Positions 17,808 to 25,951 of a stretch of 49,274 nt of DNA are shown here, in pieces. A model generated the notes under the pieces. The model did not search any database and was not told where the DNA came from. It was given only the letters and a program-made list of their open reading frames with translations. The position numbers and the translations under genes are program-made. Location of the stretch: positions 1 to 49,274 of the forward strand of contig PMYJ01000109.1 of the NCBI GenBank assembly GCA_003170875.1. Direction: 5' to 3'. This DNA comes from Candidatus Dormiibacterota bacterium (GTDB taxonomy: Bacteria; Chloroflexota; Dormibacteria; Aeolococcales; Aeolococcaceae). How positions within the stretch are numbered: position 1 is the stretch's first letter; every line of letters begins with the position of its first letter.

Positions 17808-19679
17808 TCAGCCGCCGGGGCGCGGCTCCAGTTCCCGCACCCCCGGCACCGTCGCTGACGCCATCCACTCGCGGAGCGCGAGCGTCGCCTGCACGTCGCC
17901 GCGGTTGTAGTCGAGGAGCCACTTCCGCGCGCTCTCATCCCCAGCCGCCGCGGCGTCGTACCGCACCATCGACGCCGTCCCGCCCGCGTCCTCGACATCC
18001 CAGTGGTACCCGACCAGAGGAGCCACGGTCTTGAGACCGCTGCCCCCGCCGGTGATGAGCTGCGCCTCCCACACCCTGAGCAGGTCCACCCATTCGGCGG
18101 ACGCGATGAAGTCCGCGATCTCGGCGGTCAGGCCCGCGGTGAGCCCCAGGCGCCGGAGGTACTGGTTCTCGGCGGACGCGTTGTAGCAGTAGGCGCGGAA
18201 GCTCAGACCCTGAGCGTGAGCCCGCGCGCACACCGCCATCAGCCACTGCCAGAAGGAGAGCGAGTTCGCCGCCTCGCCCTCCGGGGTGAGCTGCGCCCAG
18301 GTCACGAAGGGGAGGTACTCGGACCGCGGCCCCTCCGGTCGGGTGCGATCGGTGAGGAGATTGCCCCAGAGGTAGACGCCCACCTCCGAACTCTCCATGT
18401 CCACATCCACCTCGATGTCGGCGCGCGGCACGATCACGGCCGCCACCCCCCGGTGCCGGTAGACGCGCTCGCTGCCGAGCGCCGCCCGAGCCAGGTCGAT
18501 CTGCTCCGGCAGTGACGCCAGCTCGGAACCCGAGTACGCGGCGGTCGCCTCGTCCAGCCCCAGGAGATCGCCCACCGTACTGATCTCCATCTCCTGGAGC
18601 CGCTCCAGGTCCCGTGCCCGCCTCCAGGCGTCCCCGAGCTCCAGCACCGGTGCATCGCGCGGCCGCCCGGCCGCCACCGCGCGCAGGCCGGCCAAGTCCA
18701 TCCCGGTGGCCACCGCGCGTGCCGTCCGCCAGTCGAGCGCGGCCAGCGCCGCCCGGTCCGTGACCCCGTGATCCCGGTCGACCTTCCACTGGGCCCAGCC
18801 GATCCGGGGGAGCAGGCTGACGTCACCCGCTCCCGCCTCGAGGACGGAGCGGCAGTGGGCGTCCCATGGGCAGCTCGGGCACTCCGTGCAGCGGACCGGC
18901 ACGACCAGCGGCTGCACCTCCGGATCCGCCCGGTGTCGAGCCGCGACGGCCAGGATGTCGAGCCGGAAGTCGAACTCGAAGTCATACCGCTCCATGGTCG
19001 TTCGAAGCTTGGTCTTGCCGGTGGACGAGGGGGTCCGCCAGGCGGGCTTGTCGAGGTCGTACCAGACCACCCGCCGCTCGGTCCCGATGATCCCCCCGTA
19101 GCGGGGACCCTGCGCCGCCAGGCCGGCCGCCTCCAGCATCCGCTGGTAATGGGCCAGCTGGAGCACGTCGTCCTCGCGACGCTTCGCCGCGAGGTCGGGG
19201 TCGGAGACGGCGGCCTCCAGGCTGAGCGAGTCGAGCGCGGCGCACAGCCCCTCGAACTCGGTCGCCCGTCCCTCGGAGACCTCCAGGGTCTGATGCGATT
19301 TGATGTCGATGGCGCGGTATCCGCCGCCGGCGGCGGATACGAGCAGGTCCGGCGTCCCCACCCGCCGGCCGGCCGCGTCGTCCGGCAGCCGGGCGGAGAG
19401 GATGGGGGAGGCCCCATCCGCCAGCGCGACCCCGCTCATGCCCGCTCGCGTCTCGTCATCGGGCCCCTCGATGGCGACCGCCTCCCGGTGCAGCCGGAGG
19501 ATCTCGGCGACCACCTCGGCTTGGAAGGCTATGCCGCGGGCGATGAGGCGCTCGGCGAAGGGGTCGGGCGGCGCCGGCTCGAGGGGGAGGAGGGCGTCGT
19601 TCTGGGCGCGCACGGGGCAGCGCTTGGCGACGTATCCCCCCTGGAGCGGGACCGTGCGGACGTCGTGGCGGGTGGTCAT
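17808..19679 (-). CDS. TM0106-family RecB-like nuclease (PD-(D/E)XK with Cas4/AddB-like 4-Cys cluster + RNase-H-like C-terminal domain)
   Basis: ATG 19679 shares its A with the upstream TGA (TGATG); alternative GTG start at 19694. Motifs: KRCPV, PDLL...AIDIKSH, CTECPSCPWDAHC. The C-terminal acidic block DIEVDVDMES is typical of the exonuclease-like domain. Confidence 0.8.
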   Translation of the reverse strand: MTTRHDVRTVPLQGGYVAKRCPVRAQNDALLPLEPAPPDPFAERLIARGIAFQAEVVAEILRLHREAVAIEGPDDETRAGMSGVALADGASPILSARLPDDAAGRRVGTPDLLVSAAGGGYRAIDIKSHQTLEVSEGRATEFEGLCAALDSLSLEAAVSDPDLAAKRREDDVLQLAHYQRMLEAAGLAAQGPRYGGIIGTERRVVWYDLDKPAWRTPSSTGKTKLRTTMERYDFEFDFRLDILAVAARHRADPEVQPLVVPVRCTECPSCPWDAHCRSVLEAGAGDVSLLPRIGWAQWKVDRDHGVTDRAALAALDWRTARAVATGMDLAGLRAVAAGRPRDAPVLELGDAWRRARDLERLQEMEISTVGDLLGLDEATAAYSGSELASLPEQIDLARAALGSERVYRHRGVAAVIVPRADIEVDVDMESSEVGVYLWGNLLTDRTRPEGPRSEYLPFVTWAQLTPEGEAANSLSFWQWLMAVCARAHAQGLSFRAYCYNASAENQYLRRLGLTAGLTAEIADFIASAEWVDLLRVWEAQLITGGGSGLKTVAPLVGYHWDVEDAGGTASMVRYDAAAAGDESARKWLLDYNRGDVQATLALREWMASATVPGVRELEPRPGG

Positions 19680-20842
19680 CAGGAGCCCGACCACGGGCTC
19701 GCGCCCGCGATGTCGCCGTCGATGATCGAGGCCAGACGGCTGCCGACGGAGGCGTCACCGAGCTCGACGCCCAGCTCCCGGTTCCGGTCCAGCGATGTCG
19801 ACGAAAAGTTCTCGGAGCTGAGGAACCATCGGACCGAATCGCTGCCAGGGTCGGCGACGATGGCCTTGGCGTGAATGTACAGAGCCGCATCGGAGGAGTA
19901 GGTGTAGACCTTGACCCCGGCGTGGATGAGGTCGGAGAACTCGCTGCTCCACGAAGACGAATCGGTCATGCAGACCTGCACATCGACACCGCGCTGCGCC
20001 GCCGCCTCCAGCGCCCCGAGGATCTCCTGGTCGGACATCTCCTCGTTCTCGACCCGCAGCTTCTTCTTTGCGCCCTGGATCAGCGCCACCAGGGCGGCAG
20101 CCGAACCCGGGCTCCAGATCAGGTCGTCGCCCCGCGAGGCCTGGACCGCCGTGTTCGAGAAGTCGGAGTCGAACACCGCCTCGATCGCCGCCACGTCGCG
20201 CGCGTCGGTGTCGGCGAGGATGAAGTCCCGCGTGGAGGCGTAGTACTGCGAGGTCATGTTTCCGGTCATGACGAGGGCCGCATCGGAGTCGACGATCAAC
20301 GTCTTCTGATGGGTGATGTCCACCTGGGTCGACGACCAGTGGACGTCGACCCCGTGCGCGGCGAGCGTCGCGTAGGCGCTCCCATTCTGGCTCTTGGCGT
20401 ACGCCTGGTCGAGGATGACGCGGACGGAGACGCCACGGTCCTTCGCCTGGATCAGATCGTTGACGGCGGTCGTGTCCTCGAGCTCGTACATCACCAGGTC
20501 GATGGAGGCACGGGCGGCGGTGATCGCCTGGTAGACGGCGCCCATCCCCTGATCGGGTTCGACCACCAGGGTGTCCCCGCCCCCGGCCGTTGCCGTGACG
20601 GTGGCCGGCGTCGCGGATGCGGGCCCGCCGGTCGGAGACGGGCTGCCGGCGGCCGGCGCCGCCGTGGCCCGGGGGCTCGGTGAGAGTGCGGGCGCTGCAG
20701 ACGCACAGCCGCTCACGGCCAGCAGTGTCAGCCCGACGAGGAGGGTGCACGGGCGCAGGCGGCGATGGCTCCGGACGGTCGCGCCGCCGCCCCGGACGGC
20801 CGCGAATCCGAATCCGCCGAACCTCACGTCACCTCGCACCAC
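19679..20842 (-). CDS. phospholipase D-superfamily protein with two HKD motifs, predicted lipoprotein
   Basis: HKD motifs HQKTLIVD and HAKAIVAD...SSENFS. Signal and lipobox RRLRPCTLLVGLTLLAVSGC, followed by a Pro/Ala/Thr linker. Start at GTG 20842 or 20830. Confidence 0.85.
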   Translation of the reverse strand: MVRGDVRFGGFGFAAVRGGGATVRSHRRLRPCTLLVGLTLLAVSGCASAAPALSPSPRATAAPAAGSPSPTGGPASATPATVTATAGGGDTLVVEPDQGMGAVYQAITAARASIDLVMYELEDTTAVNDLIQAKDRGVSVRVILDQAYAKSQNGSAYATLAAHGVDVHWSSTQVDITHQKTLIVDSDAALVMTGNMTSQYYASTRDFILADTDARDVAAIEAVFDSDFSNTAVQASRGDDLIWSPGSAAALVALIQGAKKKLRVENEEMSDQEILGALEAAAQRGVDVQVCMTDSSSWSSEFSDLIHAGVKVYTYSSDAALYIHAKAIVADPGSDSVRWFLSSENFSSTSLDRNRELGVELGDASVGSRLASIIDGDIAGASPWSGS

Positions 20843-21007
20843 GCCGTCTCCTCAGGTGGACGCCGTCGCCCCGGCGTGGCGGTGGTGGGACGCCGGTCAT
20901 CCCCGCGAACGCCAGTATGGGGAGGATCGGCGGCGGCCGCTCCCCGGTCGGCCGGTGGCGTGCCAGCTCGGGGACCGGCCATACTTCCGGCGGCCACACC
21001 TCCGGTG

Positions 21008-21268
21008 CCCCGCCCCGCGCCCGGCGACGTTCTCGCCCAGGTGCTCTATGAGGCGGGGCTGCGCTTTCGCCACTGGATCGCCATCGACATCAAGTACAGC
21101 CTGCCCATTGCAGGCCGCCTCTGCCCCGCGCATCACAGACTGCTGTACTACTCCAAGGTCCGCCTCGCCCGCTTCTCACGCCCGCGCGTCCCACTGATCG
21201 GGAGGAGCGGAAACCCCTTGCTGGGCGGGCGGATTGGCCGCTGTTGCGTCCATCCCCACACGGGGTGA
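21008..21268 (+). pseudogene. relic of an N4/N6 (beta-class) DNA methyltransferase
   Basis: The tail of track ORF 20765..21268 reads EAGLRFRHWIAIDIKYSLPIAGRLCPAHHRLLYYSK...VHPHTG. This parallels the GF-x-I-x-W-x-K...P...G-x-R...AHE-x-L-x-SK...HPTQKP core of CcrM-like enzymes. No DPPY motif or FxGxG SAM motif is present in frame, and the stretch is locally lower in GC. Confidence 0.35.
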
Positions 21269-21564
21269 CAAGATTGACACGAACCATCGTATAGCGCAGC
21301 AAGGCACCGAGATCGGGAAGAGCCGGTTTCGTATTCGAAGGTGTCACGAAGGTTGCGCCGTTCGGCGGCGACGTGGTAGGGTGCCCTGGTCGCGGATCAT
21401 TCCGGTCCACAAAACAGCGACGGTGAGAGCCAGATCTCTCACCGGTCCGCGGCCCACCGTCCCCTGTTCTCGGTGGAACTGAAGCCCTGGTGCATCGTCG
21501 CCTGCCCTTGACCTAGCGCTTGAGCCGGGTGGCACGAGACACCGACAGCCGGAGGTTGCACCTC
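21200..21564 (+). promoter_or_regulatory. long structured 5' leader; candidate cyclic-di-AMP (ydaO-type) riboswitch
   Basis: ydaO-like islands occur in the canonical order: GAGCGGAAACCCC (21205-21217), CGGGGUGA (21261-21268), GGUAGGG (21375-21381), CCGACAGC (21542-21549) and ACCUCGU (21560-21566). There is a 9-bp hairpin at 21421-21444 and a 6-bp hairpin at 21454-21476. GAGGU (the SD, 21552-21556) can pair with ACCUC (21560-21564). Spacings are longer than in canonical ydaO. Confidence 0.3.
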
Positions 21565-22215
21565 GTGCGTCATCTGATTACGCGCGGTCGTTTGCGAGCG
21601 GGCGGCGTCGCCCTCATGGGCACTGCGCTGCTGGGTCTCGTCGTGCTCACAGCGCTGCAGCCGGTGCCGGAGAATGGCAGTCCCCGCGTCGACGCCTTTG
21701 CCGTGACGCGCGACCCGGCATCGGCGTCCGCAACCGCCACCCCACCGGCATCACCAACCATCGCCCCGTCGCCGTCATCGACCTTCACCTCAACCGCCGC
21801 GTCGACGTTCACGGCCACCGCGGTGGTCCCCTCACCGCTGCCCGTCCTGATCGTGCGCATCCCCCCGCAGGCGCCCACGCCGACACCCGCGCCGGCGGTT
21901 CGGACCCCGGCGCGCGCTCCGGCGTCGACAGGCACCAGCTCCTCCGGTGGGGACATCGAGGCCATCATCACCGCGGCTGCGCAGGCGGAAGGGGTCGCCC
22001 CGGCATGGTTGATCTCGACCGCCGCGTGCGAGTCGGGCCTCAACCCCAACGCATACAACGGGTCGGGACCGTACGAGGGGCTCTTCCAGTTCCTTCCGTC
22101 GACCTTCCGGGCCCATGGGGGCACCGACATCTGGGATCCGAGCCAGCAGGCGCAGATCGCCGCCACCATGTTCGCCAACGGCGAATCGGGGGAGTGGCCG
22201 GTCTGCTCGCGCTAG
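21565..22215 (+). CDS. Rpf-like / transglycosylase-like domain cell-wall hydrolase, membrane-anchored
   Basis: GTG 21565 with GGAGG 9 nt upstream (the track ORF starts at 21520). Signal-anchor GGVALMGTALLGLVVLTAL, a Pro/Thr/Ser linker, and a C-terminal domain TAACESGLNPNAYNGSGPYEGLFQF...GEWPVCS. Confidence 0.8.
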   Translation: MRHLITRGRLRAGGVALMGTALLGLVVLTALQPVPENGSPRVDAFAVTRDPASASATATPPASPTIAPSPSSTFTSTAASTFTATAVVPSPLPVLIVRIPPQAPTPTPAPAVRTPARAPASTGTSSSGGDIEAIITAAAQAEGVAPAWLISTAACESGLNPNAYNGSGPYEGLFQFLPSTFRAHGGTDIWDPSQQAQIAATMFANGESGEWPVCSR

Positions 22216-22521
22216 CCGCAGCGCCTGGCGGAGGCGGCGGGGCCCGCCTGCTCTGCCCGGCGCCGCCTGAGCTGCGCGCCTCCACAGCTCGACCGGCGCG
22301 TTCGGTGGTATCCGCGGCGCGCCATCGTCCAGCACCGCGAGTAGCCGAGGTTTCGGATCCGCCTCTGAGGGGTACCACCACTCAGGTGCGCAGGGCTCGC
22401 GGTGTTTGTCGCGGGATCGACGACTGCACGAGCATGCTTCGCGCAGGGGAGAGAGGCGCTGTTTGACCAGACCAGCCTCACCGTCGGGGACCTGAGGGCA
22501 CAGGACCACGACGCTCGCCGT

Positions 22522-22776
22522 ATGCGTTACGCGCGCCGCCACCGGATCCGGCTGATCGACCAGGTCATCAACGAGTTCGAGTTGCTGAACCTGGCCGGCG
22601 TGTCGGTCGTCCCGGGTGAGCTGACCCGCCGCGCCACCGGCTTCATCAGCAGCGACGCCGCCGGTGCGCGCGTGATGCCGGACGATCGGGCCGTCCCGAT
22701 CGCCGACTGGGTGTCGGCGCTCTTCGAGGTGCAGGACGCGCTCATGCTCCCGAGCCCGAGCTACCGGAACCTCTGA
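22522..22776 (+). CDS. hypothetical protein (84 aa)
   Basis: From ATG 22522 onward the third codon positions are strongly G/C, unlike the preceding 40 codons of the track ORF. No motif recognised. Confidence 0.35.
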   Translation: MRYARRHRIRLIDQVINEFELLNLAGVSVVPGELTRRATGFISSDAAGARVMPDDRAVPIADWVSALFEVQDALMLPSPSYRNL

Positions 22777-22796
22777 CCCCGGGCTGACCCCGCCAC

Positions 22797-23930
22797 CTAC
22801 GCCCCCACGGCGGCGCCGATCAGCCTTCCCAGGCCAAAGGTGACGCCTGCCGCCAGCATCCCGAAGAGGAGCTGGCGGCTCCCCGAGAAGAGGACGCTCC
22901 GCCCGGTCAGCAGCGTGATCAGGGAGCCGATGAGGAAGAGCCCGAGGGCGGCGCAGCCGATGGCGAGCCCGACCGCCGGCGCCCCGGTGGCGAAGAAGAA
23001 GGGGATGAGCGGAAGGATGGCGCCGATCGAGAAGAGGAAGAAGGACGCACCCGCCGCGCTGTTGGGCGACCCCCCGAGCGCGGAGGGGTCCAGCCCCAGC
23101 TCCTCGCGCACCATTGCGTCCAGAGCGTTCTTGGTGTCGGCCATCAGCCGCTCGGCCACCTCCTCGGCCTCCTTGGCGGAGAGCCCCTTGGCCTGGTAGA
23201 TGAGGGTCAGCTCCTCGCGCTCCTCGTCGGGGACGGAGCGGAGCTCGGCGGCCTCGGTCTTGACCTGGCGCTGGTACAGCTCCCGGGTGCTCTGGACCGA
23301 CACCCATTCCCCGATCGCCATCGAGCATGCCCCGGCCAGGAGCCCGGTGATCCCCGCGATCAGGATCGCCTTGGGGGGCAGCCCTGATCCCGCGACCCCC
23401 ATCACCAGGGCGAGGTTGGAGGTCAGACCGTCATTGGCTCCGAGCACGGCTGCCCGCAGGGCGTTGCCACCCGGGGCACGATGCCGCCCCTCCAGCTTGC
23501 CGAGCGTCTCCCCGGCCACTCCGACCGGCGATCCCCCGGCGATGTATTGGAGCACCCGGGCGTGGGAACGCTCGTCGTCGGGCATCCCCGTGCCCTCGGT
23601 CTCAGTCTGGTCGTCGTAGTTCTCCTGGTCGACACGTTCCAGGGTGGCGACGGTCGGCAGCACCAGCTGCGCCCCGAACCTGTGGGCCAGTAGGCGCATG
23701 GCACGCGCCCGCCACGACGGCCGCCGTGGGCCGGGGTCGCGGCCCAATGCCCTCAATTGATCCTCCCAGAAGCCCAGGTGGCGCTCCTCGACCTCGGCGA
23801 GACGGATGTAGACGGAGGCGATACGGGCGTCGGACTCTGCCTTGGCCATCGCCCGGTACACCACCGCCGAGTCGATCTCGCCCTGACGGTTTGACCGGTA
23901 CCTCGCCTCGGCGGTCAGCGTCCGTGCCAT
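22797..23930 (-). CDS. erythrin (ferritin-like di-iron) - VIT1/CCC1 fusion, MbfA-like iron/manganese exporter
   Basis: ATG 23930 with GGAGGAG upstream. ExxH pairs (EVEERH, DDERSHARVL) sit in the N-terminal domain. VIT1 signature LRAAVLGANDGLTSNLALVMG plus C-terminal TM helices. Confidence 0.8.
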   Translation of the reverse strand: MARTLTAEARYRSNRQGEIDSAVVYRAMAKAESDARIASVYIRLAEVEERHLGFWEDQLRALGRDPGPRRPSWRARAMRLLAHRFGAQLVLPTVATLERVDQENYDDQTETEGTGMPDDERSHARVLQYIAGGSPVGVAGETLGKLEGRHRAPGGNALRAAVLGANDGLTSNLALVMGVAGSGLPPKAILIAGITGLLAGACSMAIGEWVSVQSTRELYQRQVKTEAAELRSVPDEEREELTLIYQAKGLSAKEAEEVAERLMADTKNALDAMVREELGLDPSALGGSPNSAAGASFFLFSIGAILPLIPFFFATGAPAVGLAIGCAALGLFLIGSLITLLTGRSVLFSGSRQLLFGMLAAGVTFGLGRLIGAAVGA

Positions 23931-24171
23931 CACCCGACTCCTCCGTGACCCTTCCCGCTGCTCGCGCCCAGCTCGCGACCTCTCGTGCCCCTGCCCTCGC
24001 GCCCACGACCATGAAGCCCGCGCGGCGCGCAGGTGCCAGGGACCATGGTCACATCCCCGGGACGGGCCCTGCCGGCGAGGGTCACCGCGCTCCCGGCGCG
24101 GAGCCGGCCGTGCGGGCGAAGATGGGACCGCAGTGCCGGGCCCGGACCGCAGGGCAGACAGGAGAGCAGCC

Positions 24172-24609
24172 ATGACCCCGACCGCCCCCCGTCTCCTTGG
24201 CGCCGTGGCGCCCCATGCTCTCGTGCTCGAGGTCCCGGCTGCGGATCCCGAGACCGCCCGCCGGCACTACGCCGCCAAGCTCGCCGTCGAGACCGACCCC
24301 TCGGACGTCAACCACGACCTGGGGGCGGGCGTGGCGGGCCTGGTGGTGGCCGACATGCGGCCGCTCGAGGCGTACGCGGAGGGGCACGTCGCCGGCGCCG
24401 TCAGCCTTCCCTACCGGAGCCTCGACGAGGAGTCGACCGCTCACCTCTCTCGCGACGCGCTTTACGTCGTCTACTGCTGGGACCCCGGCTGCAATGCGGG
24501 CGCCAAGGGGGCGCAGCGGCTTTCCGAGCTCGGCTTCCGGGTCAAGGAGATGATCGGGGGCTTCGAGTACTGGAAGCGGAACGGCTACCCGATCGGGACC
24601 GGGAGCTGA
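24172..24609 (+). CDS. rhodanese-like domain protein
   Basis: ATG 24172 with ggagag upstream. Contains DMRPLEAYAEGHVAGAV, active-site loop VVYCWDPGCNAGAKGA, and GGFEYW. Confidence 0.75.
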   Translation: MTPTAPRLLGAVAPHALVLEVPAADPETARRHYAAKLAVETDPSDVNHDLGAGVAGLVVADMRPLEAYAEGHVAGAVSLPYRSLDEESTAHLSRDALYVVYCWDPGCNAGAKGAQRLSELGFRVKEMIGGFEYWKRNGYPIGTGS

Positions 24610-24750
24610 TCCGCCGGGCAACGCGGCCCCGCCATTCTGCGACGGCCTAATCGCGGGCACGAAAGCCGGACGGCGGCCGGTGGGCGCACAATACGCCCTT
24701 GTGCCTCGACGCGTCGAAGGCTTCAATCTGATCATTCATGCGGTTGTGCC

Positions 24751-25833
24751 ATGTCCCCCTTCACAACTCGAACCTCCGCGCTCCTCGCCGGGGTGCTCCT
24801 GACGGTCGCCGCCTGCGGCGGCACCACCCACGCCGCGAGCTCGAAGCCGAGCCCCAGTCCGAAGGCCTCGGCGAGTGCGGCGCCGACGCCGACGCCGGCG
24901 CCCCCGCCGCTCAGCCAGCCGCTCCTGATCCAGGTGGAGAACCTCTATCAGGCGCGGCCCCAGTCAGGGCTGAGCAGCGCCGATGTCGTCTACGAGTACC
25001 AGACCGAGGGCGGCATCAGCCGTTTCACGGGCATCTGGTTCACCAAGCCTACGAGCGCCGACATGGTCGGCCCGGTGCGGAGCGCTCGTCTGATCAGCCT
25101 GCGGCTGCTCCAGATCTACGGCGGCGCACTCATCTACTCGGGTGCCAGCAACTACGTGCTCGAGCAGGCCGGCAACGCCAGCGGCAAGCATTACGACGAT
25201 CCCGAGCCGCCACTCTTCCGCACCTCGGCGGCGCCGCCGGCGGCGAGGTACGGCGCCCCCCACAACCTGTACACCGACGGATCGCATCTGGCCACCTTTG
25301 ACCAGAGCATCAATCTCAGCACCGTGAGCTACCAGCTCTGGGCGCGCACCGCGATCGCGCAGCTTCCCTCCGGCGGCACCGCCGTGAGCAGCTTCGAGGT
25401 GCCGATCTCGACAGAGGAGACGCCGATCTTCACCTACGAGCCCTCCACGGGCGAGTACCAGCGGAGCGAGTCGGCGACCCCCGAATACCCGGGGACGGGC
25501 GTTCTCAACGACGCCAACACCAGCGCCCCCTGGGACACGCCCAACATCGTGATCCTGCAGGCCCCAACCGTCGGGGTGGCCGCCGACAACGAGAACCCGA
25601 GCGGTGGTTACACCGAGGGCCTCGACTTCGGGATCGGGCCCACCGCCAGTGGGAGCGGGCAGCTCGCGGTGGGCGGCCAGCTCTACAGCATAAGTTGGAC
25701 CCAGGGAGCCACCGGCCCGCCTCAGCTGACCCTCGCGGATGGGCAGCCGGCACCGATAGCTCCGGGCCAGGTGCTGTTCGAGGTGGTGAACACCGGAGCC
25801 ACGGTCACCCCGCAGGCGACGCCAGCTCCGTAG
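24751..25833 (+). CDS. DUF3048-domain lipoprotein
   Basis: Lipobox LLTVAAC, a Pro/Ser/Ala linker, and the family block QVENLYQARPQSGLSSADVVYEYQTEGGISRF. Confidence 0.8.
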   Translation: MSPFTTRTSALLAGVLLTVAACGGTTHAASSKPSPSPKASASAAPTPTPAPPPLSQPLLIQVENLYQARPQSGLSSADVVYEYQTEGGISRFTGIWFTKPTSADMVGPVRSARLISLRLLQIYGGALIYSGASNYVLEQAGNASGKHYDDPEPPLFRTSAAPPAARYGAPHNLYTDGSHLATFDQSINLSTVSYQLWARTAIAQLPSGGTAVSSFEVPISTEETPIFTYEPSTGEYQRSESATPEYPGTGVLNDANTSAPWDTPNIVILQAPTVGVAADNENPSGGYTEGLDFGIGPTASGSGQLAVGGQLYSISWTQGATGPPQLTLADGQPAPIAPGQVLFEVVNTGATVTPQATPAP

Positions 25834-25852
25834 CCCGCGCAGCGGGGCGATG

Positions 25853-25893
25853 CAAGCCCTGCGGGTCAGACGTGGATCGACCCGCAGGGCTTG
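25853..25893. terminator. bidirectional intrinsic-terminator-like hairpin between convergent genes
   Basis: Perfect 15-bp stem: CAAGCCCTGCGGGTC (25853-25867) pairs with GACCCGCAGGGCTTG (25879-25893) across an 11-nt loop. It lies between the stops at 25833 (+) and 25952 (-). Confidence 0.7.
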
Positions 25894-25951
25894 TTGCCCT
25901 CCCGTCAGTTGACGGTGTGGCTTCAGCGCAACGTGCTGTGCCGGGCTCGGG

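Noticed and set aside
21265-21295. TTGACA (21274-21279) followed by TATAGC, considered as a promoter for the Rpf-like gene.
   Set aside because: The spacer is only 10 nt. The alternative GTGACA-19nt-TATAGC is also off-consensus, and the hexamer lacks the terminal T. It is not reported as a feature.
21832-23328. 498-codon minus-strand ORF.
   Set aside because: It overlaps the Rpf-like gene (opposite strand) and the VIT1 gene (same strand, different frame). It has no motifs and is Arg/Gly/Pro-rich.
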